A stretch of 64,000 nucleotides of DNA from a virus (lineage: Duplodnaviria > Caudoviricetes), in IMG/VR virus record IMGVR_UViG_3300013121_000037, positions 32,001-96,000 of that record, one strand, 5' to 3'. The position numbers and the translations under genes were made by a program. Shown piece after piece: positions 1-9,727 of this stretch (position 1 is its first letter; each line of letters opens with the position of its first letter). Under the pieces are notes generated by a model, which saw nothing but the letters and a program-made list of their open reading frames with translations, ran no database searches and was not told where the DNA came from.

Positions 1-21
1 AGGCATATCCCCATTTACCTA

Positions 22-579
22 TCACCCATCACGCTTCTGCACAATGGCCTCGGCCAGTTCCTGGTCCGTGGTGATGCCGTCCAGACTCACCCCGTAGTAC
101 CGTGCTGTGTACTCCTGCCCGTGCGAGAGAATATCCCGCAGTAACTGCGCCTCATCTGGTCCCTTATCCCTGTCCTCGTCTTCCTCTTCTTCCTCTGCCG
201 GTGCTTCCCAGGTGTCGGGATCAGGGAAACCACCCGCGGGCAGCGGAATGTCCTTGACCTGAAAATTGTCCAGGCCCAGAGCCATCGTATCCCACTCGGC
301 GTCAATCTCGGCGTCCGTCAAGCGCTGCCCCGTCGTGGGATTGAGTTCATATCCCTGTTCGTCGTACCACTCCGCAATGCCCTGCCAGTTACCCGGCAGG
401 ACGCGATTGGCCCAGCGCTTCGCGTTTGCGGCCAGTTGCCGCAAATTCGGTGGCAACCGCCGAAAGGCCCGGCACTTTTGCAGTACCTGGCCAGTCGGGT
501 ATCCTGGCGGCAGATGCGACTCGAAATACGGCGTGGCGTGATAACTGTTCAGCGACCAGATGCTGTAATGTGCGCTCAT
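22..579 (-). CDS. Hypothetical acidic protein, possible immunity partner of the upstream polyvalent protein
   Basis: 185-aa ORF whose start overlaps the stop of the 2295-aa ORF (ATGA). Confidence 0.6.
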   Translation of the reverse strand: MSAHYSIWSLNSYHATPYFESHLPPGYPTGQVLQKCRAFRRLPPNLRQLAANAKRWANRVLPGNWQGIAEWYDEQGYELNPTTGQRLTDAEIDAEWDTMALGLDNFQVKDIPLPAGGFPDPDTWEAPAEEEEEDEDRDKGPDEAQLLRDILSHGQEYTARYYGVSLDGITTDQELAEAIVQKRDG

Positions 580-3500
580 TGGATGTTGTGTCCCGTCGCG
601 TCCTCTTCCTGCACCACCAGGATGCTGCGGTTGGGGACCACATAGTAACCCTTGCCGTAACTGTAATGCCGCGATGACTTGCCATCTACCTCAATGGCGT
701 CATAACCAGCCAGCGCTGCCTGAATCCCCAACCATTCATCCTCATCATTGTGACCGTCGCTGTTTCTGGTGGCGTGGTTACCGTTCTTGTTAAAAGTCTT
801 CGGGCATTTGGGAACCAGTTTCTCCAGTTCCGATTGCTTGATAACCTTAGCAGTCCTGGGCAACGCCGCCCGCACAATCTCGCCAGCACCATAACCAGCG
901 TATTTGCTGGCCGAATTGCCACTACCTTTGGTGCTGTCAAAGTAGGTGCCATCACCAAAACAACCATACCCGGGGAAATGCTCGCCTCGCTTGAACTGCT
1001 CCACCAGTTGCGCCGCGGTCCGTTTGCCGCTCCCGTAACCCGTATCCTTCAAGCCACGCAGCATCTCGATATGCTGACCAGTTTGCACCAGTTTATCAAA
1101 ATCTGCCTTCTTCACCACCTGCGGCAGACCATTGAAACCCCGCATCTCCTGCACCACATGCAGCGTGGCACTTCCAGGCGCATCCCCGGACTGCTTCTTG
1201 CGTTCCGTGTACTGCTGCACTGCCGGTACAATTGCTTCGATGAACTTCTTCAGGGGTTCCGACCCCTTGCCCCGGGTGGTCTGCTTGACCGAAATCGGTT
1301 GCACAGTCATCAGTTGCGCCAGATCATCCGTGCGGTGCAGCATCTGCGCCGCCTTCGCTGGCGTGGTCAGAGTCACCACCTCGCTTTCTGCCGCTGGTTT
1401 GCCCGTCTTCTGGCTGATGATGTGCGGTTCGATCTTCCCTGCCCACGGCGACCCACCCACTCGCTTGCCAACATATAAACGACCGAAGCGGGCTGTGTTG
1501 CTATCCTCGAAATCCCCCAGATGGCCGGTGATCTCCACCTGCAACCCCGTCTCCTCCCAGACCTCCTTGAGAGCGTTCTGCTGCATGCTCAAGCCCGGTT
1601 CGATTGTACCACCCGGCATGGTGTACTTGCGATCTCCGTAGGCGTTGGTCGGTTGCACGATCCAGATTCGCCCATCGGGTTCCTGTATCATCACGCTCAC
1701 CCGCTCGATCTTCTTGACCGGTGCCGGTTCCCCCACATTCTTATCCGGGGTCTTCTCCCAGAATTTTGGCGCTGCCGTTGTGAACGCCACACCATTGAGA
1801 ATTCCTGGTTTCGCCTTGCCCATCTCCCAGTTGACCTCATCCTTATCCAATCCTGGTGAGGTTGCGCCAGTGGTAGACGCTTTCCCGGGTGCTGCCGCTG
1901 GCTTGGTAGGCAAACTTTTGCTGTTGGCCTGGTTGGTGTCGCGCAGAAACTTCTTCAGGTCACGAGCGGCAAACGACTTGAACCAGTAACCTGATATATT
2001 GGGACCACCCACCCACCACGATAGTTCCGCCAGTTCCTGGCCATCGAGCAACGTATCAATCACGACATCAATATCGTCCAGATCAGTGCTAGATACCACC
2101 TGACCAGACACCAGATTGCGCAGGACATCAGCATGATTCTTGCGTACATTCCAGGTGCCAATTGGTCTTGGCAATGGTTGTCCCTGTGCCGCCGGACTGC
2201 CATTACCCGTTGACGCTGGTGTCTGTGGCGATACTGCTGGTGCTGGTGCCACGCGAGGAGGTGTGACTGGTGCCGGTGTTGAAGGTGGTGGCGTTGGTGC
2301 CTGTGGTGCTGGAACCGGCGCAGGTGGTGGCGTTGGTGGCGTAACTGGTGTTGGCGTCGGTACTGCCGGTGCTGGTTGCGGTGGCGCCGCTGGTGGCTTC
2401 TGGGCGTGATGCAGTTCCAGCACATGATTCAGTTGCGACAGACGCAGACCCAGTGCCGCCTTCTTGGCCCCGGTGGCGTTGTGGTGCTCCAGGGCAATCT
2501 GGTCAAATAGATCACCCAGACGCTTTTCCACATTGGCGCCGTGATACCGCTTGAGGGCACCGTGCGAGCGCCGCGCCGTCTTCTTGTGGTCTGCCGTCAG
2601 TGGATACTGCTTGCCAAAATCCGCCAGTTTATCCTTGAGAGACCTGTTGCTTGGCGGCAACGGTTGCTTTTTCGGCTTCGGCGCTGGTTTGGGCTGCGGT
2701 GCCGCCGTTGGCTTGGGTGTGGGTGTTGCCGGTTTCGGCGTGGCACTCTTGCCAAGCCCTGGATTGGTCTTCTTGTAGACCTTTCTGCCGGTGTGGATAT
2801 TTTCCCACACTGACCCGCCGCGTGACCCCGCCCCACTTTTGCCTTTGGGCAACTTGCGCCAGTCACTGGCCGCATAGCACACCGGCAACCGGTCCTGCTG
2901 ATACGAGGACTTCACCTCATCGACCTGCCAACCATTCTCCTCATCCCAGAACAGTTCCTGCCCAGAACCATCCAACTCTTCCAAAGCCGACTCCAGCAGG
3001 TCATCTGGCACAGTCTCCCCCAGGTCGTTGAACAGTCCCGCATACCATTCGGCCAGGGCGTGGGCGTCCACCGTGGCTTCCGGTGTGGCCGGTTCCAGCC
3101 AGTCCAGCATGTGGTCGATGCTGGACAACTTGCGGCCTATCTCTACTTGCCTGGTGCCGGTCGCCTTCCGGTGCTGCCTGTCCAGTTCATCGTGCAGCAC
3201 CGCCAACCGGTGCCGGATGTCGTCGCCATGCCGCCAGCGAAACTGACCCAGCGCCCGACGGGCCGAGTTGATTTCCCGCCCATTGAGAGGATGCTGCTGC
3301 CGATGCGGTTGCAGTTTCTGGCGCAGCAACTTCGGTGATGTGAGCGTGACAGGACTGGTCCTGCTCTGCTGGTATGTGGTTGGTTTGTCCTCGGCAGCAT
3401 CACCAACCACCCACTGCTCCCCATCCCAGCGGAAGGACACCCCTGGCAGATCGGCTGCCAACTGGTTCCAGATTTCATCGGGCACGTCCTCGCCAAAAGC

Positions 3501-6500
3501 ATCCAGCAAGGTGGCATACCACTGGGCCAGGTGCGCAAAATGCGACTGTTTACTTTTGCCCACCTCGGAGGAGGTTACCTCGGGGTCAATGAGACGCAGA
3601 CCGGTGATGTCATCCAGCACAAACTTGTTGCCAGGACGATCCTTGCCATAAGTCACGGGACGATTGCCGCCTTTGGCTGAACCTGGTACGCGCATCTGCT
3701 GTTCTCCCGCCCCCGGAATGTGCTTGAGTTTCACCAGCGTGAAATGGGTCAGCGCCCCCGGACTGAACTCAAACGGTACATTCTCCTCAACCCCCAGCAC
3801 TTCATAGGCCGAATCATGATCCTGTACCAGTTCGTACTCACCGCTGTTGGTGGACAGCGACTCCACATATATACCGCGGCGCGTCTCGATCTCAAAGGCA
3901 ATACCGCGGCCACCACCAAACGACTGTATCTTTTGCGGATCGAACGAGGTGGACACAAAACCCGGCGTTTGCAAAAACATCCCTTTTCGCTGGGCCTCTT
4001 TGGCCAGGTCAAGGAAGTTTGTTAAATCCTGGCCATGCAACTCAATACCACGCCAGACCAGCACCGGTTCCGGTAACACGGGCGCCCGCCGAATCACCTC
4101 GCGCAACCGCCCAAAGTTGCGCTCCTGCTTGTCATCCAGGTCAAACCCGCGCCGCAATGACCTGTTCAGGTCCTTGAAATTGTCATCCGTGTACCACTTC
4201 ACCGCATACTGGCCCGCCTCGGGTACCTCCGCCAGATACTCCCGCATCAGGTCCGCAATTTCTTCTGGCGCATCATCCTGATGGGTGACTGCAAACGACT
4301 TCCGCAACTGCTCCCGCTGCTCCGGAGTAAAATCCGATTCCCCCATCGGCACCGGTGACGGTTCCTCCGGCAGGTCCAGTCCGGAGAAATCATCGTCCAG
4401 GTATTCGTCCTCGTCGTCCCGGTCATTGTTCTCGGCGTAAGTTTCGCCATCGGACTTGGCTTCGTGGTAATCCTGGGTCCATTCCCCATGATCATCGTAG
4501 TCGTATTCCCCCATCGACTCCCAGCGGTACAGGTCCACCGGTTCACTGTCGGGATGATCGGGATAGGGGTTGTAGGTGGCGTGTACCACAGTGACACTGT
4601 GTTCCTCACCGCCATCTTTCCAGGTGGCCACCAGGTCATCACTGCCGGTCGGTTCCACCCGATCCGGTTCAATGGTGCCATCCCAGTCCGGAGCCTGATG
4701 CTGCTCCTCGGCATACTTCACCCCCGCGTCCACCGCCTCCTCTTCCGAGGTGGTCCACTCACTCAGCGCCTCGCCATCATCATCTTCACAGCGGAACACC
4801 GGTACCGGTTCACTGTCCTCGTCGGGTTGGTACGTCCCCTTGACCAGTATCACGTCATGCTTCGTTGACTCACTGCTGCCATCTACCTCGTACCAGGACT
4901 TGATCTCCTCCGTATCGCCAATCTCCACCTCGTCCGGGTCAATGGAGCCATCCCATGCCGGTTTCGTGGCAGGCGGTGGCGCTACCGTCCTGTCTGCTGG
5001 TTGCTCTGGACTGGCAGTCCTGCCTGCCCGCGGCGACTTTGGCTGCGCTACCCGCTCCGGTCGCGCTGACCGGTCACCAGTGGGTTTCCTGGTCAACCGG
5101 GATTTCTCGGCAGGCGTGGCAGTGGCCAGCACATCGTCAGGGATGAACCACCCACCTGGAAAATGCTGGCCCCCAATATCAATGCCGCCCTTCGGCGCAT
5201 GCCGCACCTCATAATGCCGCGACTGGTCAAAATGCGACTGTCTAGTTTTGCCCACCTCCTGCCCATCCTGGGGGAAATCATCCGCCACTGGCGTGATGAC
5301 GTAGAAGTGGTCCCAGTCGTTATCCACGAAGCGGTTATAGTCCGGGTCCTCTGGTTTTTCCGGGTCAGCGTCATCCTGTTCTGGATTGGTGGCAGGACTG
5401 TCCTGGTAAAACAGGGGCAGAGCGTCCTGCTGGTAGTTGGCTCCCGTCACCCAGTTGGACAACCGCCTGAGCAGTGTACGCGGTGGCAACTGTGGAGCAG
5501 CTTCACCAGGTTGTGGAGGCACTTGCTCCATCTCAATCGTGGTGTGCCCCGTGTGGTCCGTGCTGACCTTGTGTACCTTGAACTGCGAGGTGTGATTGAG
5601 TAACAGTTCCTTTTCTGCCTCCTGGAAATGACCATGCGGCGTCACATCCAGACCATGCTTCGCCACAATCCGCAGTGTGACCAATCCCCGAAATGACACT
5701 GGAACTTCCTTTGCTGTCGAGGTGGACACATATCCTCCCATCAGCGTCGTGCCTTTGGCATGTGCCACCCCTGTCATTCCTTCAACAAATGCAGCAGCAT
5801 CTCGCTTTACCTTCTCCACTTGCTCCGGAGTCATGTTCGGTTTGATCTGGAACATGCCACGCACCACGTTGACCGGTTCACGGAACACATTCGCCTTACG
5901 AAAGGCATTCTGCAGGTGCTCGTGCGTGGCGGCGACCCGGTTGGGAATTTTTTTGCCCCGCCGCAAGGCCCGGTTCAAGGGTTGATCACCCTTGTAGGTA
6001 TAGTGCAGTACCGCTGCCGCCTCGTCCTGAGTCAGGTCGGGACGCGCCCCGTCTTCCAGTTTGGCATTGGGCGCAGCCCGCTCCAGAGGTGCCCGCATCC
6101 AGGCCCGCTGCACATGCTCCTTCATGTGCGGTTCAGCCCGCTCCCATTGCTCCTTCGAGATTACCGAACCTCCCGGGTGCTTGATACCAGCAATCTCGAT
6201 CTTGCCCTTCGGGGCATGCTGCCCTGTCTGCAATTGTGCCCGTTCCTGAGGTGTGGCTCTGGCTACCACCTCGGAAGGAACATATTCCCCACCCTTGAAA
6301 AACGTCCCCTGGATGGTGGCCCCGCCCTTCGGCGCATGTACCACCTCATAATCCAACCGCTCATACTCTCTCGGTGGCGTTAGCAAATGCTGGGCCCGCG
6401 GCACCACAGCATCCGCCAGCGTCAACGCCCGCGCCAGCGACCTCGTCTCATCCAGACTGGCCAGCACCGCCGCCTGGTACAGGTCGCTATTCCCAGCTGC

Positions 6501-7463
6501 ATTCATCCTCTGCAGTAGCGTAGCCACCAGCGAGGCCGGAACCCGGCCATACTGCAGCGGTTGCCCTGACCGCTGATACGGTGCGTGCAGGTCACGCTCC
6601 TGTAGCGACTCTTCCATGTCCTTCTGCTGCACAAAGCGGGTCGTTTCCCGGACCGCCGTCCGCACTGCCCGCAAGGTCGCCATGGGGTTGGTGACCGTGC
6701 TGTAAGCCAGATAGGCCAGACTGCCCCACGGAATCAGGTTGATCGGTAACGCCAGATTCGACAGTTTCAGGGCAGTCAGCGTCTCATCCAGGTATTCCTG
6801 CCGCTTCTCGCTGGCTACCGGTAGCAATACCGCGGCCGGGTCCTCCACAAAGGCATCGGCAGCATCCATGGCGGTGTCCAGGAACTCATCCGCCACCGCC
6901 ACAATGGCCGCGGTCTTCGCCACACTCTCCGGGCTGCCACCCTGCTCCCGGGCTACCTCCTTCACCAGTTCCAGCGCCGACTTTCTGGGTAACTCCAACA
7001 ACTCCTGCACTGCCGCCACCTGCTCTTTGAGATGATCCGGCACCTTCTGGAGTTGCTTCAGCAGGAAAAGTCCCGCCTCGGTTTCCGTCTGGCCAATCTT
7101 CTCCAGCACTTTTTGGCCCACCTGTGCCAGCGGTGCATGCCACCCTGGTTTCGCTGGTGCTGGTCGTGGTTGCGGTTTCTGCTGGATATGCTGTGCCCGC
7201 CGCTGGCCCAGTTTCCGCACCTTCGGTTGCGGCACGCCCGGTCTGGCACGACCAGTTGGTTTGACTGGTGCTGGAGTGGCTTTGGGAGTGGGTGCTGCCG
7301 TACTGCCGCCGCTGCCCTTCTTCGCGAATTGTCCCTTGTTCTTCGGCTGACCCCGCGGGTGCTGCTGGGCATCGAAGTCGTAGTGCAGAGCTTGCAGCGT
7401 GGCCAGTTCGTCCAGGGCACGTTGATAGGCCACCACATAGCGATCCGCAGGCATATCGGTCAT
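576..7463 (-). CDS. Phage polyvalent protein: two VIP2-like ADP-ribosyltransferase domains, Nudix hydrolase, C-terminal ART-like domain
   Basis: ART1 VVRG..YVSTS..EKELLL (~5520-6040); ART2 VWRG..FVSTS..EYELV (~3720-4210); Nudix box PGGTIEPGLSMQQNALKEVWEETG (~1545-1620); C-terminal LRG..FGDGTYF..GYDAI; HPRGQPKNKGQF and HAPKGG motifs. Confidence 0.85.
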   Translation of the reverse strand: MTDMPADRYVVAYQRALDELATLQALHYDFDAQQHPRGQPKNKGQFAKKGSGGSTAAPTPKATPAPVKPTGRARPGVPQPKVRKLGQRRAQHIQQKPQPRPAPAKPGWHAPLAQVGQKVLEKIGQTETEAGLFLLKQLQKVPDHLKEQVAAVQELLELPRKSALELVKEVAREQGGSPESVAKTAAIVAVADEFLDTAMDAADAFVEDPAAVLLPVASEKRQEYLDETLTALKLSNLALPINLIPWGSLAYLAYSTVTNPMATLRAVRTAVRETTRFVQQKDMEESLQERDLHAPYQRSGQPLQYGRVPASLVATLLQRMNAAGNSDLYQAAVLASLDETRSLARALTLADAVVPRAQHLLTPPREYERLDYEVVHAPKGGATIQGTFFKGGEYVPSEVVARATPQERAQLQTGQHAPKGKIEIAGIKHPGGSVISKEQWERAEPHMKEHVQRAWMRAPLERAAPNAKLEDGARPDLTQDEAAAVLHYTYKGDQPLNRALRRGKKIPNRVAATHEHLQNAFRKANVFREPVNVVRGMFQIKPNMTPEQVEKVKRDAAAFVEGMTGVAHAKGTTLMGGYVSTSTAKEVPVSFRGLVTLRIVAKHGLDVTPHGHFQEAEKELLLNHTSQFKVHKVSTDHTGHTTIEMEQVPPQPGEAAPQLPPRTLLRRLSNWVTGANYQQDALPLFYQDSPATNPEQDDADPEKPEDPDYNRFVDNDWDHFYVITPVADDFPQDGQEVGKTRQSHFDQSRHYEVRHAPKGGIDIGGQHFPGGWFIPDDVLATATPAEKSRLTRKPTGDRSARPERVAQPKSPRAGRTASPEQPADRTVAPPPATKPAWDGSIDPDEVEIGDTEEIKSWYEVDGSSESTKHDVILVKGTYQPDEDSEPVPVFRCEDDDGEALSEWTTSEEEAVDAGVKYAEEQHQAPDWDGTIEPDRVEPTGSDDLVATWKDGGEEHSVTVVHATYNPYPDHPDSEPVDLYRWESMGEYDYDDHGEWTQDYHEAKSDGETYAENNDRDDEDEYLDDDFSGLDLPEEPSPVPMGESDFTPEQREQLRKSFAVTHQDDAPEEIADLMREYLAEVPEAGQYAVKWYTDDNFKDLNRSLRRGFDLDDKQERNFGRLREVIRRAPVLPEPVLVWRGIELHGQDLTNFLDLAKEAQRKGMFLQTPGFVSTSFDPQKIQSFGGGRGIAFEIETRRGIYVESLSTNSGEYELVQDHDSAYEVLGVEENVPFEFSPGALTHFTLVKLKHIPGAGEQQMRVPGSAKGGNRPVTYGKDRPGNKFVLDDITGLRLIDPEVTSSEVGKSKQSHFAHLAQWYATLLDAFGEDVPDEIWNQLAADLPGVSFRWDGEQWVVGDAAEDKPTTYQQSRTSPVTLTSPKLLRQKLQPHRQQHPLNGREINSARRALGQFRWRHGDDIRHRLAVLHDELDRQHRKATGTRQVEIGRKLSSIDHMLDWLEPATPEATVDAHALAEWYAGLFNDLGETVPDDLLESALEELDGSGQELFWDEENGWQVDEVKSSYQQDRLPVCYAASDWRKLPKGKSGAGSRGGSVWENIHTGRKVYKKTNPGLGKSATPKPATPTPKPTAAPQPKPAPKPKKQPLPPSNRSLKDKLADFGKQYPLTADHKKTARRSHGALKRYHGANVEKRLGDLFDQIALEHHNATGAKKAALGLRLSQLNHVLELHHAQKPPAAPPQPAPAVPTPTPVTPPTPPPAPVPAPQAPTPPPSTPAPVTPPRVAPAPAVSPQTPASTGNGSPAAQGQPLPRPIGTWNVRKNHADVLRNLVSGQVVSSTDLDDIDVVIDTLLDGQELAELSWWVGGPNISGYWFKSFAARDLKKFLRDTNQANSKSLPTKPAAAPGKASTTGATSPGLDKDEVNWEMGKAKPGILNGVAFTTAAPKFWEKTPDKNVGEPAPVKKIERVSVMIQEPDGRIWIVQPTNAYGDRKYTMPGGTIEPGLSMQQNALKEVWEETGLQVEITGHLGDFEDSNTARFGRLYVGKRVGGSPWAGKIEPHIISQKTGKPAAESEVVTLTTPAKAAQMLHRTDDLAQLMTVQPISVKQTTRGKGSEPLKKFIEAIVPAVQQYTERKKQSGDAPGSATLHVVQEMRGFNGLPQVVKKADFDKLVQTGQHIEMLRGLKDTGYGSGKRTAAQLVEQFKRGEHFPGYGCFGDGTYFDSTKGSGNSASKYAGYGAGEIVRAALPRTAKVIKQSELEKLVPKCPKTFNKNGNHATRNSDGHNDEDEWLGIQAALAGYDAIEVDGKSSRHYSYGKGYYVVPNRSILVVQEEDATGHNIQ

Positions 7464-7589
7464 CGTCTCGTCTCCTCTGACAGATGCCTGCCAGAGTAGA
7501 CGAAAACGGAATCCAGTGAGAAATGCGGTCCGAGATGAGCACTGCGCAAAATGTAACTGTCTACTTTTGCGCAGTGCCAGTGGAATGGG

Positions 7590-7787
7590 TCAATCCAGAT
7601 TGGTCTGGTCAGCCTGTTCAGCCAGGATGTCGCTGGCGCGGTCGGCGACCTGCTGCGGGTCCAGACCCTGCTGCTGGGCTTTCTGAACCAGTGCCTTGTG
7701 CGCCCGGCGTTCTTTGGCCACCTCGGCAGAACTCTCCTCGGCGTCCAACCATTCTTCAGTGCTCAACTGCAATTCGTCCGGCATCAC
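7590..7787 (-). CDS. Small protein, possible antitoxin of the upstream GNAT domain
   Basis: 65-aa ORF overlapping the stop of the GNAT protein and ending just before palindrome 7541. Confidence 0.5.
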   Translation of the reverse strand: MMPDELQLSTEEWLDAEESSAEVAKERRAHKALVQKAQQQGLDPQQVADRASDILAEQADQTNLD

Positions 7788-9727
7788 GCACCACCTTTCC
7801 GCTTCTGGAGATACTTCGCCAGTTTGTACTGCGCCCAGGAATTCTCCCGCAGGTCAAACCGCGCCTCATTCAGACTCTGCCCATGCACCAACCACCAATC
7901 CGCACCGGTGATCTTCTCCCGCTTCCGCTCCGGTCGCCCCCGCTTTTTGTCAAACTCGGACAACTTCGTCCTTATATTATTCGCTTCCTCGGGTGGAAGA
8001 TTTACTTCAGGTGCGTCAAAGATGTCCTGCACCGTTTCGGCATCCGGGAACAGTGCGGCCACCTTCTGGCCCAGACTGCCCTGATAGACTTTGAGCGTGG
8101 CAATGGTCTGGTCGTAGCCAAAGAGCGGCCAGGTGTAGTAACCATTCATGCCGCCGCCAAACCCGCCTGCCGCCCAGGTGGCAATGTAGTCAAATCCATG
8201 CGCCGTAGCGTTGTCTACCTGTCGGGTGAAGAGTTCCAGACCAACGCCTTTGGGGGCACTGTCGGCAGTTTCCAGCAACAGGTTGTGGATATAACGCCGC
8301 CCCTGACTGTCCACGCCAATAAAGCGCTCGGCAGAATCCAGATGGGTATGGAAACCATCCACCCGGAGTCCCCAGGAACCCGGCACGTCGTCATCCTCCC
8401 CCACCCGCAGCACCGTCACACGGCCATCATCTGGCATGCCCGCCAGTGACGCCAGCGCCTGGTAGGCAGCCTTCTCCTGCTCTGCGGACGTACCAGTATG
8501 GAATGCCTGTGGGAACAGTTTTCGTAACTGGTCCAGCACCTCCTGTCTGGATACACCACGCTCCAGAGACACCGAAGCCTGACTGACCGGCAACCGCTCC
8601 CGCTCATAAGGTGGCGCCTGCGCCGGTACAATCGCCTGCAGGTTGTCCAGTTCATCCTCAACCGGTTCCGCTTCCTCTTCTTCCTCCTCCGGAAGCGGCA
8701 TATCCTGTTCATCAGCCCGCTCGTTAACTTCGGCAACCACCTGGTCACGGTCTGTGGACCAGTCCCCTACCGCAGTTTCACTGTTGCTGCTGTCCCGTTC
8801 CTCCCAGCGCCACACATCCTGTGCTTCACTGTCAAGATCATCCGGGTAGGGGTCATAGGTACCCGGAACCACATAGATGTTCTGCTCCCAGACATTGTTA
8901 TCATCATCCACATGGTTCCAGGATCGCGTCAGTTCCCGGTCCCGCCAGTCCCGGTCCACAGCGTCATCGTCAATCGTGCCATCCCAATCAGGCAAATCCT
9001 CATTATTATCGCTGGCATAAGAATTGCCGTCCTCAATGGCTTGCTGGCGGTCAGCAGTCCACTCACCCACCTCCAGTTCGTTGCCAGCGTCATCCCTGGC
9101 CTCCCAGCGCCACACATCCCGAATTGGACTACCACTTACATCTGGGAAGGGATCATACTCCCCGTGTACCAGAACCACCTGATTTTGTTCTGGCACACCA
9201 TGCCGATTCACGGTGCGAAAACGCTGCAATCTCTCTGCTACCCGCTCATCAGGGGCAACCGTGTCAATGTTCTCATCCACCGTGCCATCCCACTGCGGTA
9301 GCGGTTTCGGTTTGCTGGATGGTTTATCCTGCGCTGGCTTGCTGGCAGGTTTCCCACCCGCTGGCTTTTCCGGACGCTCAGGCGGCGTCTGCCGGGGTTT
9401 CTGCCCACCACCCGGTTTCCCGGTCAACCGTGCCTTCTCCGCTGGCGTAGCCTGGGCCACCACCTCTGCCGGGATGAACTGGCCCCCCTTGAACTTCTGG
9501 CCCCCAATCGAGATGCCGCCCTTCGGCGCATGGCGTGCCTCGTAATGGGCCGACTGCGTAAAAGTAGACTGTTTTGTGGAAAAACTTTTGCCCACATCGT
9601 GATCGTCCACCACGGGCAAGTCAGCGATACCCCAATCAGCAGGGACTGGTTCAGCGGCAGACACCAGTGTGATATGACTGGTGTCATCATCCAGAAACCT
9701 TGACCGTTGCGCAGTTGCTATCATCAT
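7784..9727 (-). CDS. Polyvalent protein with HAPKGG tag, two acidic WDGT repeats and C-terminal GNAT-like acetyltransferase
   Basis: KGVGLELFTRQV..ATWAA..NGYYTWPLFGY GNAT-like motifs; start MMIAT overlaps the portal stop. Confidence 0.7.
   Translation of the reverse strand: MMIATAQRSRFLDDDTSHITLVSAAEPVPADWGIADLPVVDDHDVGKSFSTKQSTFTQSAHYEARHAPKGGISIGGQKFKGGQFIPAEVVAQATPAEKARLTGKPGGGQKPRQTPPERPEKPAGGKPASKPAQDKPSSKPKPLPQWDGTVDENIDTVAPDERVAERLQRFRTVNRHGVPEQNQVVLVHGEYDPFPDVSGSPIRDVWRWEARDDAGNELEVGEWTADRQQAIEDGNSYASDNNEDLPDWDGTIDDDAVDRDWRDRELTRSWNHVDDDNNVWEQNIYVVPGTYDPYPDDLDSEAQDVWRWEERDSSNSETAVGDWSTDRDQVVAEVNERADEQDMPLPEEEEEEAEPVEDELDNLQAIVPAQAPPYERERLPVSQASVSLERGVSRQEVLDQLRKLFPQAFHTGTSAEQEKAAYQALASLAGMPDDGRVTVLRVGEDDDVPGSWGLRVDGFHTHLDSAERFIGVDSQGRRYIHNLLLETADSAPKGVGLELFTRQVDNATAHGFDYIATWAAGGFGGGMNGYYTWPLFGYDQTIATLKVYQGSLGQKVAALFPDAETVQDIFDAPEVNLPPEEANNIRTKLSEFDKKRGRPERKREKITGADWWLVHGQSLNEARFDLRENSWAQYKLAKYLQKRKGGA

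Noticed and set aside
2180-2400. Low-complexity ggt/gct-rich stretch as another GGY array
   Set aside because: Has 3-nt periodicity and encodes the Pro/Ala/Thr linker of the 2295-aa protein.
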